A DNA stretch of 47,801 nt from Phycisphaerae bacterium (GTDB taxonomy: Bacteria > Planctomycetota > Phycisphaerae > UBA1845). The first letter of the stretch is position 1; every line of letters starts with the position of its first letter. Location: positions 1 to 47,801 of the forward strand of contig JAJDDU010000246.1 of the NCBI GenBank assembly GCA_029260155.1, given 5' to 3'. Below, piece after piece: positions 19,126 to 28,008 of the stretch. The notes under the pieces are model-generated. The model did no database searches, was not told the origin of the DNA, and was given only the letters and a program-made list of their open reading frames with translations. Both the position numbers and the translations under genes were made by a program.

Positions 19126-22113
19126 TCAGGGCACGGCAGCGCAGACCTGTTCGTCGAAGACATCGATGAACAACGTCCATGCGTCGAGGCTGCCGTCGTC
19201 TTCGGATGGGAAGACGTCGACGATCGTGATGGTCCAGTCACCGGCTGCTTTCAGGCCTTCGAAGACCATGAGCGGTTCGTTGGGTATGTAGTTCGGCGGA
19301 GACGTTGGGAAGGTGCCATCTGCGTCAATACTGCATTGCTCTTGGACGAGCCCACCGGCGCCCTCGTCATCGAGCACGATGCTGACGAGATCATCGCCGC
19401 ATCCGCTGAAGAGGATCGTGTTCATGAGTGAGGCGGACTGCCCGAGGTGATCCACGGTGATGCGCAGATCGCCGACCCAGGTGTGCGGCAGATCGAGTTG
19501 GACGTCGACGTCCCCGATGACGAAGGAATCGGGCACGTTGATCGTGTGCGTCACGGTTTGGCTCCCGTCGATCACGATGCCCGGTGACGCACTGTAGACG
19601 TTGGGTGTGCCCGCGCTGCAATCGGTGAGGTCACCGGAATAGACGCCGCCGAGGCTGTCGCAGCTACACTCGGTGCGAACGTCGCACGTATCATCCGGAT
19701 GACAGCATGCACCGATTGGGAGGGTTGGACACGGTTCGACGTCTGCGCACGCCAACTCGACCGGGAAGAAAATGCCGCCTTGTGTGACGCAGGCCTGCGC
19801 GCCGATTCGCTCACACGCCTCGCACAAACAACAGATGCCGGCTGGCTGTGGGCAGAGACCCGGCGTGCACGCGGAGCCATCGCCGTGAAAAGTGCCGCCG
19901 GCCGTCGCGCACGCGATGTCGGTGGCCTCGGAGCACGATCCGTAGGTTTCGCAACAGGCGCCGGTGGATGGATCGGAGCACGGCGCACCGGTCATCAGAA
20001 GCTGTACGAAATCATCAACGTCGGCGGCACCTACGTCTCCGTCTCCATCAACATCGGCGCAGGATGAGTACGACCCGCCGAGCATCGCGATCACGAAGCC
20101 CTGAATGTCTTCCGCGTCGACGACGGCCGACGTGTTCACGTCGCCTCGGCAGGTTAGGCAGTGGCACTCGTTGGGTGCTGGGAAGCCGTAGCCCCCGCCC
20201 AGCAAGCGAGATCGGTAGCTCGGCTCAAGCCCGGCGAGGGGGGCGACATCGTAGACCGGGTCACCGCAGCCGACGCCGGCCACTTCCAGGCGAAACGTGT
20301 TGTCGACGAGCATGATGTCTTCTGGGTCGGTCGTGACGTACCGGATCGACGGCACTTCGGCAGCATCCGTGATGAGCGTGTTACCGCTTACGATGTTGTA
20401 TCCGCCGATGTGGAATCGCAGGGGCGCGTTCCCTACGTTGAACATCGCATTGCGATCGATCAGAAAGTCGGTCGAATCCTGGTCGCAGAACACGGCGTTG
20501 CTGTCCAATACGCCGGCGTTGGGCGGAATGTCGTGGATGAGGTTTCCGTGCATTACCGTTTCGGGCTGAATCCCGAGCGTGTAAATGCCTCCGCCGTCAG
20601 AGAGCATGAGCATCACATCGTGAATGTGGTTGTACTCAATGACGTTGCCCCAAACCGCAGGCGTGGGCGTGCCGTCGAACACCCATCCGACGCTGACGCC
20701 GATCTGAGGCATGTAACGAAGGAGGTTGTGGGAGACGGTCGTCGTGTTGGCCATGCCGATCCAAGTACCGACAGTGCCATGCAAGACCTGCCCGGTGTAT
20801 TGAATAAGATTGTCGCGGACCACATTGCCCGACGCGGCTTGGTCGGGGTAGACCAGCCACCAGGGTCGCCAAACCTTGTCCGGGTCAAGAACGGTCCGCG
20901 AGCGGTCTTCGCCGATCATGATCCCGTTGCCGGCGATGTCGGTTATGACGTTGCCGATGACTGAGCAGTCTTTGCACGATCGGCCGAACATGATCCCCCA
21001 GCCGCCGAGATGCGCGATCCTGCCATCTTCGAACCGGCAGGAGTCCGCCAACTCGAACGTCAAAGCCGCCGGAAGCTCGTAGGGTGCGGGGAAATCGCGA
21101 TAATCGTAGAACCCCGCCTGCCATTCCGCATAGCCGCCCTCGGGAAGATCCCAGGCGCAGTGTTCGAACGCGATGCCGATGAATCGCAGGTTGTGGACTG
21201 ACTGCTCAGCGTTGCCGTCACCGCGCACGATTAACAACGCCTCGGCCACCGGCGCGACCGCGTCAACGGTGTTGATGTCCTCGCCCGGCATGGGGAAGTA
21301 GGTCAATTCGCCCGTTTGTTCATCGAGGTACCACTCGCCTGGTACGTCGATCAGTTTCAGGTCGTTTTCGACGGCGTAGCGCGGATGCTCAAGTTGGGAG
21401 AAAACATGCATCGACGGCGACGGGCCGATGGGCTGAGCGACCGTAAGCACGTTCTGCGTGTGATCCACATGGTCGATAAGCACACGCGAGGTGTTCCAAT
21501 CATGCAGGAACAGGAGTTCGCCGCCCGCGAGGTCCGTCTCCGGCGGAATGTCGCCGGGAGTGAAGGCGAAGCTCATTCGTGTTCCGGGCGGCGCCGCGGG
21601 GTCGGGTCCGGCCACGAGCAGAAAACCGTCATTGGGATGGCGAGCCCGCTGCCGTCTGCCACCGTTAACGAACAACTCGCGAAATGTCCACACACCGCTC
21701 GCGGCGTCCGCCACGGTCACCGCCCAAGTGCCATCACCCTGATCGGTCCAGCCAGTGATCGGCCGTCCGCCGCTGACGATCGGCTCTTCATCCGGATAGG
21801 CCGCGTATGTAACGGCATGTGGATCCGGGCTGGAATCCTGCAGCCCAAACACAATCGGGTCGGTAATCCTGTACGTGCCGCCTCGAAGCATGACGGTAAC
21901 GTCGTCCGTCAATCCTGCCGCGATGAGCGGTCGTACGGCGTCGCGAGCACGGGCGAGTGTGGCAAACGGCGATTCGAAGGTTCCCGTAGCGCCATCATCG
22001 CCCCACGGCGCGACGAAGAAATCCGCTGAGGCGGGCTGCCCTCCCATCGCAATCGGCATCCATACAAGTAACACGCAACAGGCGAAAGCGGTACCGATTC
22101 GACAGATCGTCAT
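19126..22113 (-). CDS. secreted multidomain protein: right-handed beta-helix, dockerin-like pair, three Cys-rich modules and a C-terminal proprotein-convertase P-domain
   Basis: Signal peptide MTICRIGTAFACCVLLVWMPIAMG. The beta-helix entry motif is FFVAPWGDDGATGTFESPFATLARARDAV....GGTYRI. Dockerin-like segments are GDVNTSAVVDAEDIQGFVIAML and ADVDGDGDVGAADVDDFVQLLM. The P-domain-like part is DVDVQLDLPHTWVGDLRITV...AGDWTITIVD....DDGSLDAWTL. Confidence 0.75.
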   Translation of the reverse strand: MTICRIGTAFACCVLLVWMPIAMGGQPASADFFVAPWGDDGATGTFESPFATLARARDAVRPLIAAGLTDDVTVMLRGGTYRITDPIVFGLQDSSPDPHAVTYAAYPDEEPIVSGGRPITGWTDQGDGTWAVTVADAASGVWTFRELFVNGGRRQRARHPNDGFLLVAGPDPAAPPGTRMSFAFTPGDIPPETDLAGGELLFLHDWNTSRVLIDHVDHTQNVLTVAQPIGPSPSMHVFSQLEHPRYAVENDLKLIDVPGEWYLDEQTGELTYFPMPGEDINTVDAVAPVAEALLIVRGDGNAEQSVHNLRFIGIAFEHCAWDLPEGGYAEWQAGFYDYRDFPAPYELPAALTFELADSCRFEDGRIAHLGGWGIMFGRSCKDCSVIGNVITDIAGNGIMIGEDRSRTVLDPDKVWRPWWLVYPDQAASGNVVRDNLIQYTGQVLHGTVGTWIGMANTTTVSHNLLRYMPQIGVSVGWVFDGTPTPAVWGNVIEYNHIHDVMLMLSDGGGIYTLGIQPETVMHGNLIHDIPPNAGVLDSNAVFCDQDSTDFLIDRNAMFNVGNAPLRFHIGGYNIVSGNTLITDAAEVPSIRYVTTDPEDIMLVDNTFRLEVAGVGCGDPVYDVAPLAGLEPSYRSRLLGGGYGFPAPNECHCLTCRGDVNTSAVVDAEDIQGFVIAMLGGSYSSCADVDGDGDVGAADVDDFVQLLMTGAPCSDPSTGACCETYGSCSEATDIACATAGGTFHGDGSACTPGLCPQPAGICCLCEACERIGAQACVTQGGIFFPVELACADVEPCPTLPIGACCHPDDTCDVRTECSCDSLGGVYSGDLTDCSAGTPNVYSASPGIVIDGSQTVTHTINVPDSFVIGDVDVQLDLPHTWVGDLRITVDHLGQSASLMNTILFSGCGDDLVSIVLDDEGAGGLVQEQCSIDADGTFPTSPPNYIPNEPLMVFEGLKAAGDWTITIVDVFPSEDDGSLDAWTLFIDVFDEQVCAAVP
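19609..19983 (-). repeat. three tandem Cys-rich modules (GACC...C......C...GG.F.GD...C type), coding
   Basis: aa 711-835 of the 995-aa protein: GACCETYGSCSEATDIACATAGGTFHGDGSAC / GICCLCEACERIGAQACVTQGGIFFPVELAC / GACCHPDDTCDVRTECSCDSLGGVYSGDLTDC. Confidence 0.6.
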
Positions 22114-22898
22114 CGCGGTTCACCCATCCTCCGCGTGTCGTGGCTTCGGCCAAACGCGACGGTCCCCGCGGCGAGCAACAGCAGAACGCTTTGCACAGTG
22201 CCCCATTGTGACACTGTTGGAATCGAGGAATCGACGATGTGGATCACCGCGTCGGCTTCGAGAGAAGTCGCGCCGCTTGTGGAACCGCTTTGTGTTGCAG
22301 CCTCCGGAGCACCACCGCTGTATCCGAAGAAGACGTCCTCCGCCTTCCAATCGCCGGCAGTGACATGGGCGATCAGCAGAGGGCCGACGGAGAGCCGAAG
22401 TTCCGCCGACGCCCCGAGAGGCGCGTCGCTTTCGATTCGAAGATCGAGTTGCCCCAAGAGCACAGCCCCGGAGTTCGCGTCGAAAGCCGGGTCGATCCCA
22501 AGATTCGCCGATCCAACGCCACCGACGAAGGGCGCTGTCGTCGGGACGAAAACGGCCCGCACATCGGTGACCAGATCGCCGCCGAGGTTTAAGCCGCCTG
22601 CCAACGCCGTCGCGTTCCAGCGCGGACCGCTACCGACGGTTGGACTGAAGAGCGTGTACGAAAGCGCCGTCACACCGGACGCAGCTTCGCCCGATGCGGC
22701 GATGTTGTGCCCCAGCCCTGCGAGCACTTTGTTGTCGTTGTCGTCGGGAATGGCCCAGAGGTAAACCGTCACACTGGTGTTCGGCGAGGCGCTGATGACG
22801 GGATTGGTTCCGCCGATGGGTCCACTCTGCACGCCGGTCGTGGCGTTACCGGTGTCCAGGAAGAGGATTACGCCGTACGCGCTAGGAACCGGCGCCAC
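22110..22898 (-). CDS. IPTL-CTERM sorting-signal protein; the N-terminus is probably disrupted or mis-framed
   Basis: The C-terminus IPTVSQWGTVQSVLLLLAAGTVAFGRSHDTRR matches the IPTL-CTERM tripartite signal (motif, TM helix, basic cluster). The stop overlaps the next gene's ATG as ATGA at 22110-22113. A hydrophobic leader continues upstream of GTG 22898 with no in-frame start codon. Confidence 0.62.
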   Translation of the reverse strand: MAPVPSAYGVILFLDTGNATTGVQSGPIGGTNPVISASPNTSVTVYLWAIPDDNDNKVLAGLGHNIAASGEAASGVTALSYTLFSPTVGSGPRWNATALAGGLNLGGDLVTDVRAVFVPTTAPFVGGVGSANLGIDPAFDANSGAVLLGQLDLRIESDAPLGASAELRLSVGPLLIAHVTAGDWKAEDVFFGYSGGAPEAATQSGSTSGATSLEADAVIHIVDSSIPTVSQWGTVQSVLLLLAAGTVAFGRSHDTRRMGEPR

Positions 22899-23097
22899 AA
22901 GGAATACAAGGACAGCCAGAAAAGAAAGAACGCGACTCGCGCATTCAACATCGACAAGACCAGGAGATTCGTTTTCGATGACACGCCTTCCCCTGCGCAG
23001 TCAACTGTGACCGAACAGTCCATGTACGATACCAACTTACGCCGTTGCGATCCAGAAAACACTATCAGTGAGTGCCGATTTATGGAGGATCGGTAAT

Positions 23098-24045
23098 TCA
23101 GGAGGGGACAAAACGGTCGCCGCACTTGACACGGCGGCCGTTGATGAAGTCGCGCCAGGACATCAGCTTGCCTGAACGCGGCTTGATCTCGACGATTTCC
23201 ACCGCGCCATCGATTGTGCAAACGTGGAGCCGTTCGTCGAGAGAACCCGGATCGAGTGGGGCTGACGGCGCGGTGGACACCGCAGCCCGGGCCAGCGTCA
23301 CAACCTCGTCGCGCAATCCGTCGGCTGACATGAATCGACAGTAGGCGCCAGGCCAAGACCATAACCCGTGTATGCGATGCACGATGCCGGCGGCGGGTGC
23401 GGCGAAGTCGAGCATTCCGTCCCGCTTGGCCAGCTTTGGCGCTTTGGTCGCGCGCGTATCGTCTTGCGTGGCACCTCGCGGAATCTGATTGCACTCGAAC
23501 AGCTTGATTGCGTCGGCGACGACGCTTGGACCCATCTTGGCAAGGCGATCATGCAGTTCGTCGGCGGTCTCGGAGTCGCCAATCGCGGTTTCGGCGCTCG
23601 CGAGAATGGGTCCGGCATCCATACGATCAACGAGCGTAAAAACAGTTACGCCGGTCACCCTCTCACCTCGGATGACGGCCCATTGAAACGGGGCGGCGCC
23701 ACGGTACTTGGGAAGCAGGGAGGCGTGGAGATTGACGCAGCCGCCCCGAATCGAAGCCCGAAACTCCGGTCCGACTCTCTGCCCGAAGTCGATCACGACG
23801 CCGACATCGGCGCCGGCGGCGCTTACGCTTTCGATTACTGCAGGATCATTGACATTCGGCGCGGTCACGACCTCCAGGCCAAAATCGTTGGCAGCGCGAT
23901 TCACCGGCGTCGGCGTGAGTCGCTTTCCCCGGCCACTGGGACGATCGGGCTGGGTGATAACGAAGGGAATCTCATGCTCCGATCGGTGCAACGAGTCCAA
24001 TGCAGGGATCGCGAAGCCCCCTGCCGCGATGAGGATGATCCGCAC
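23098..24045 (-). CDS. fmt: methionyl-tRNA formyltransferase
   Basis: MRIILIAAGGFAIP.L..L......I..V.TQPDRP.GRG and HASLLPKYRGAAP, with the expected length and position downstream of def. Confidence 0.92.
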   Translation of the reverse strand: MRIILIAAGGFAIPALDSLHRSEHEIPFVITQPDRPSGRGKRLTPTPVNRAANDFGLEVVTAPNVNDPAVIESVSAAGADVGVVIDFGQRVGPEFRASIRGGCVNLHASLLPKYRGAAPFQWAVIRGERVTGVTVFTLVDRMDAGPILASAETAIGDSETADELHDRLAKMGPSVVADAIKLFECNQIPRGATQDDTRATKAPKLAKRDGMLDFAAPAAGIVHRIHGLWSWPGAYCRFMSADGLRDEVVTLARAAVSTAPSAPLDPGSLDERLHVCTIDGAVEIVEIKPRSGKLMSWRDFINGRRVKCGDRFVPS

Positions 24046-24054
24046 GGCGATATC

Positions 24055-24594
24055 TCACTTTCTCGAAGAGGGCCGTCGCCGTCGCATGGCTGCGGCATAA
24101 TCGGCTTCGAGTTGCTTGATGGTCTTGCGGTTGGCTAACTCAGCCAATTCGGGCATTGCATCGATCACCAGGACGCCGTCCAGATGATCTGATTCGTGTT
24201 GGCAGACGCGGGCGGTCAGGCCGGTGATTTCCGCGCTGATCGGGTTACCCGCGAAATCGAACCCTCTGATGCATGCTTGGGTGGCACGGCGTTTCGGTAC
24301 CGTCACGCCCGGGATCGAGAGGCATCCTTCCTCCCCCTCCTCGGCCCCCTGCATGTCTGACAGCTGAGAATTGACCCAGACGGTGAGGTCGTCGTCTTCG
24401 CCGGTCGGGCAGCAAATGAAGAGGCGAATCGGCACGCCTACTTGCGGGGCTGCCAGCCCAACGCCGTGCGCTTCTCGCAGCAGATGCTTCATCCGCTCGA
24501 CCAGCGCTGCCAGTTGATCATCGAAGGCCTCAACGGGCTTGCACACCAGCCTCAACACCGGGTCGGGGTAGAGGGCGATTTGCAGTTTGTCCAC
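24055..24594 (-). CDS. def: peptide deformylase
   Basis: Motifs GVGLAAPQVG, EGCLSIPG and QHESDHLDG. The start is probably GTG 24594 (VDKLQIALYPDPVLR); the Arg-rich 60-aa extension to 24774 looks non-coding. Confidence 0.88.
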   Translation of the reverse strand: MDKLQIALYPDPVLRLVCKPVEAFDDQLAALVERMKHLLREAHGVGLAAPQVGVPIRLFICCPTGEDDDLTVWVNSQLSDMQGAEEGEEGCLSIPGVTVPKRRATQACIRGFDFAGNPISAEITGLTARVCQHESDHLDGVLVIDAMPELAELANRKTIKQLEADYAAAMRRRRPSSRK

Positions 24595-24804
24595 AGACGT
24601 CGGCAACTTCAAGACACAGGTTCTCCCACGCGGGACTGAAAACGGACGTTGCTTTGTTGAAACCTCGCCCGTAGTGTATGATATGGCGGTTTTGCACGTT
24701 GTAAAGCGCTTCCAGCCGCGGGGTTCGCCCCGCGCTGATGTCTCGGGAGCTTGTACCGAATCGGGTCGTGGCAACTGAACGCCGACGAACGTTCGTGGAT
24801 TTCA

Positions 24805-26259
24805 ATGGCCAAGGAAAAGAACGACAACGCGGTTGATCCGGCGGAAGTGGCGGCACGATATCCAGTCACGGATGCCGACAAAGCCAAAGCACGCAAGTGG
24901 TTCGCGCGGGCAAAAGAGCTCGCCGACGGCAAGAACTTCGACTACGCAATTCAATGCTACGTCGACGGGCTAGGATTCTGGCCGGAAGCGGTGGAGGAAG
25001 GGCATCAGGCGCTGCGCCTGGCTGCGTCCGAACGGAACCTCCGCGGCGGGAAGAAACCGGGCTTCGCCGATACCATGAAGCGCTCCATGACGGGGAAAGA
25101 TGCCAAGAAGGCGATGCTCAACGCCGAGTGGCTTCTCGCGCACGAGCCGCGAAACGTCTCCTACATGGAGGGCATCCTCAAGAACGCCAACAAGCTGCAC
25201 TGCGAAGACACGCTGGTCTGGATCAGCCCGATCTACAGTAACGGGGCTGAAAGCGAGAAGAAGCTGAATCCCAAGCGGTTCGCGCTGCTCAGGGAGATCA
25301 GCGAAGAAGCCGGGGACCGGGCGGTGATACGGCAGGAGGCGAAACTCGCCGCGGAATTCTACGAGTGCGCTGCCGCAGCGTTGCAGATGCAGTCCCAGGC
25401 TGACCCTAAGGACCTATCGCTTGAGAACGAACTGCGCGATCTCAGCACCAAACTGACCATCCTGAAGGGCAAGTACGACTCCGCGACGACGTTCACCGAG
25501 AGCATGCGCGACGCCGACGATCAAAAAGCCATCTACGACACCGATCGCATGATCCAGGCCGACGACGACATTCGTCGACTCCTCGATACGGCTGAGAAAG
25601 ATCTCGCAGAGAACCCGGACAATCCCGCCAAAGTCGAGAAAGTGGTGGAGTTGCTGTGTCGCAAGGAGAACAAGAAGGACGAAAACCTCGCCATCGCGCT
25701 GCTCGTCGAGAAGTACAAACAGTACGAAGATTACCGCTTCAAGACACGGGCGGAGGACATCCGCGTCAAGCAGATGAAGCGGGCTTACCGAGCAGCGCGT
25801 GAGGCCAACGACACTGACGAAGCCAAAAAGCTCAAAATCGAGCGACTGACTTTCGAGATCAAGGTCTTGCGAGAACGTGTTAAGTTCTACCCCACTGACA
25901 ACAAGATCAAATACGATCTGGCCAGCCGGCTGTTTGAAGGCGGGAAGTTCGACGACGCCATCCCGCTATTCCAAGCTGCCCGGGCCGACCCGAAAGTGCG
26001 GATCAAGGCCGACCTGTACATGGGGCGGTGCTTCTACGCCACCAAGTTCTATGCCCAAGCTTCCGGTACGCTTACCCAGGCCGTCGGTCGGTACGAGATT
26101 CACGACGACGCGATCGGCAAGGAGCTTCGCTACTGGCTTGCCCGTTCGATGGAGGCCGAGGGCAGAACCGAAGAGGCCAGGGTGGCCTACGGGGAGCTGC
26201 TTCAATTTGACTTTAATTTTCGCGACGTCCGCGACAAGTTGCAGGGCTTGACTTCATAG
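24805..26259 (+). CDS. TPR-like helical repeat protein, function unknown
   Basis: ATG 24805 (MAKEKNDN...). Helical and charged, with TPR-like segments such as FDDAIPLFQAARADP and YMGRCFYATKFYAQA. Confidence 0.6.
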   Translation: MAKEKNDNAVDPAEVAARYPVTDADKAKARKWFARAKELADGKNFDYAIQCYVDGLGFWPEAVEEGHQALRLAASERNLRGGKKPGFADTMKRSMTGKDAKKAMLNAEWLLAHEPRNVSYMEGILKNANKLHCEDTLVWISPIYSNGAESEKKLNPKRFALLREISEEAGDRAVIRQEAKLAAEFYECAAAALQMQSQADPKDLSLENELRDLSTKLTILKGKYDSATTFTESMRDADDQKAIYDTDRMIQADDDIRRLLDTAEKDLAENPDNPAKVEKVVELLCRKENKKDENLAIALLVEKYKQYEDYRFKTRAEDIRVKQMKRAYRAAREANDTDEAKKLKIERLTFEIKVLRERVKFYPTDNKIKYDLASRLFEGGKFDDAIPLFQAARADPKVRIKADLYMGRCFYATKFYAQASGTLTQAVGRYEIHDDAIGKELRYWLARSMEAEGRTEEARVAYGELLQFDFNFRDVRDKLQGLTS

Positions 26260-26310
26260 CAATTCTGACCACAATGCATCGTTTGGATTGTTTCCCGAGG
26301 AGAAGTCCGC

Positions 26311-26586
26311 GTGCCGAATACCAGTTCAGCCAAGAAGCGCATCAAGCAGAGCGAAGCGAGCCGCGACCGCAACCGAACGCGGCGCAGCGCACTTAAAACC
26401 GGAATCCGCAAATTCCTGGACGCCGTTCATGACAGTGACGTCGGTCGGGCCAAGGAAGAGCTGCGGCTGGTGAACAGGATGCTCGATATGACGGCGGCGA
26501 AGGGCACCTTGCACCGGAACACATCGTCGCGGAAGAAATCCCGCCTTGCCGCACGTTTCAACACGCTCGTCGCGGCCGGCACCTAG
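26311..26586 (+). CDS. rpsT: 30S ribosomal protein S20
   Basis: PNTSSAKKRIKQSE.SR.RN...RS.LKT..RKF, with a GTG start 9 nt after a GAGGAG RBS. Confidence 0.9.
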   Translation: MPNTSSAKKRIKQSEASRDRNRTRRSALKTGIRKFLDAVHDSDVGRAKEELRLVNRMLDMTAAKGTLHRNTSSRKKSRLAARFNTLVAAGT

Positions 26587-26644
26587 CACACGACTGCGCG
26601 GATTGCCTTAGTTCGCGCGGGTGCGGCGCCTGAGGTCATCAAGC

Positions 26645-27211
26645 ATGCCCGAAGACCAAGCCGCGCCGTATGTCTCGCGTGCGGGCGCGAAGCTCGCCCA
26701 CGCCCTTGACCACTTCGACATTGACCCGACAGGCCGAATCTGCGCCGATCTTGGAAGCAATGTCGGCGGGTTCGTCGACTGCCTGCTTCAGCGTGGGGCG
26801 CGGAAGGTCTATTCCGTCGACACATCGCGCGGCACGCTGGCGTGGACGCTGCGAAACGACCCGCGTGTGGTGGTGATGGAACGTACCAATGCACTGCACT
26901 TGGTTCTGGATGAACCCGTTCAGCTCGTGACCGTGGATGTTGGCTGGACACGCCAGCACGTCGTGCTTCCTCGCGCGCTGGATCTGCTGGACAAGGGGGG
27001 CATCATCATCTCGCTAATCAAACCGCACTACGAATCCCCCCGCGATGCGCTCTGCAACGGCGTCTTGCCGGATGACGCGGTGTCGTCAACGGTGATGACT
27101 GTGACGGATCGATTGTGCGAATTGGGGATCGAAATCGTCGCTACGACGGTTAGCCCGTTACGCGGCGACGCGGGCAACCGCGAAGTGCTCGCTCTGGTTC
27201 GGGCCACATGA
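26645..27211 (+). CDS. TlyA-family rRNA 2'-O-methyltransferase, short form without the S4 domain
   Basis: YVSRAGAKLAHALDHF.ID..G..C.DLG...GGF.DCLLQRGA.KVY.VD and the FtsJ-like fold motif LVTVDV. At 188 aa there is no N-terminal S4 RNA-binding module. Confidence 0.78.
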   Translation: MPEDQAAPYVSRAGAKLAHALDHFDIDPTGRICADLGSNVGGFVDCLLQRGARKVYSVDTSRGTLAWTLRNDPRVVVMERTNALHLVLDEPVQLVTVDVGWTRQHVVLPRALDLLDKGGIIISLIKPHYESPRDALCNGVLPDDAVSSTVMTVTDRLCELGIEIVATTVSPLRGDAGNREVLALVRAT

Positions 27212-27216
27212 CACGC

Positions 27217-27963
27217 TCACTCGGCCAGTTGCGCCATCACTTCATCGGAAATGTCGAAGTTGGACGAGACGCTCTCGACGTCGTCTTGGTCCTCGAGGGC
27301 TTCGATCATCTTGAGCACCTTCTTGGCGCCGTTCAAATCCAGAGTAATGGTATTCGCGGCGATGCCGGTGATGTCGGACGATTCCACGGAAATCTGGGCG
27401 GCTTCCAACGCTGCTTTTAGAGTATCATAGTCTTCCGGGGCGCACGTGACCTCGCGCACGCTGGCTGAGGAGGTCACATCCTCGGCCCCGTTTTCAAGGG
27501 CGACTTCCATGAGGCTGTCTTCGGAGACTTCGTCCGCGTTAAGCGTGAACACGCCCTTCTGTGAGAACATCCACCCGACACAGTTGCTGGGGCCAATGTT
27601 GCCGCCATGGCGTTCGAATATCTTCTTGATTTCCGGAGCGGTGCGGTTGCGGTTGTCGGTCAGCGCCCGGGCCATCACCGCCACGCCATGCGCTGCGTAG
27701 CCCTCGTAGACGACTTCCGCGAAGTCCTCGCCCGCCAACTCGCCGGTGCCCTTCTTGACGGCCTTTTCGATGGTGTCCTTGGGCATGTTGTCGGCCTTTG
27801 CCTTGTCGATGGCCAGACGCAGGCGCGGATTGTCTTCGGGATTGCCGCCGTTCTTGGCAGCCATCGTGACATTGCGGGCCAGCTTGCTCCAGTTCTTGCC
27901 GCGCTTGGCGTCAAGCCGGGCCTTCTTGTGCTTGATGGTGGACCATTTCGAGTGGCCTGACAT
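27217..27963 (-). CDS. yebC: YebC/PmpR family DNA-binding regulator
   Basis: MSGHSKWSTIKHKKA..DAKRGK.....R....AAK.GG.PE.NPRLR.AI.KAK..NMPKD.IE.A. Confidence 0.92.
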   Translation of the reverse strand: MSGHSKWSTIKHKKARLDAKRGKNWSKLARNVTMAAKNGGNPEDNPRLRLAIDKAKADNMPKDTIEKAVKKGTGELAGEDFAEVVYEGYAAHGVAVMARALTDNRNRTAPEIKKIFERHGGNIGPSNCVGWMFSQKGVFTLNADEVSEDSLMEVALENGAEDVTSSASVREVTCAPEDYDTLKAALEAAQISVESSDITGIAANTITLDLNGAKKVLKMIEALEDQDDVESVSSNFDISDEVMAQLAE

Positions 27964-28008
27964 AGTTCTTTCCTTTGCCGCTGCGTGCCCAACCCAGTCA
28001 CATCGGTT

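Noticed and set aside
20140-20148. RGD tripeptide in the 995-aa secreted protein
   Set aside because: A single tripeptide is expected by chance in a protein of this size, and there is no supporting integrin-binding context.
24595-24774. 60-aa N-terminal extension of peptide deformylase
   Set aside because: The extension is Arg/Thr-rich and not conserved-looking. GTG 24594 yields the canonical M-x-K-L-x-I-x-x-Y-P-D-P start and a ~180-aa length.
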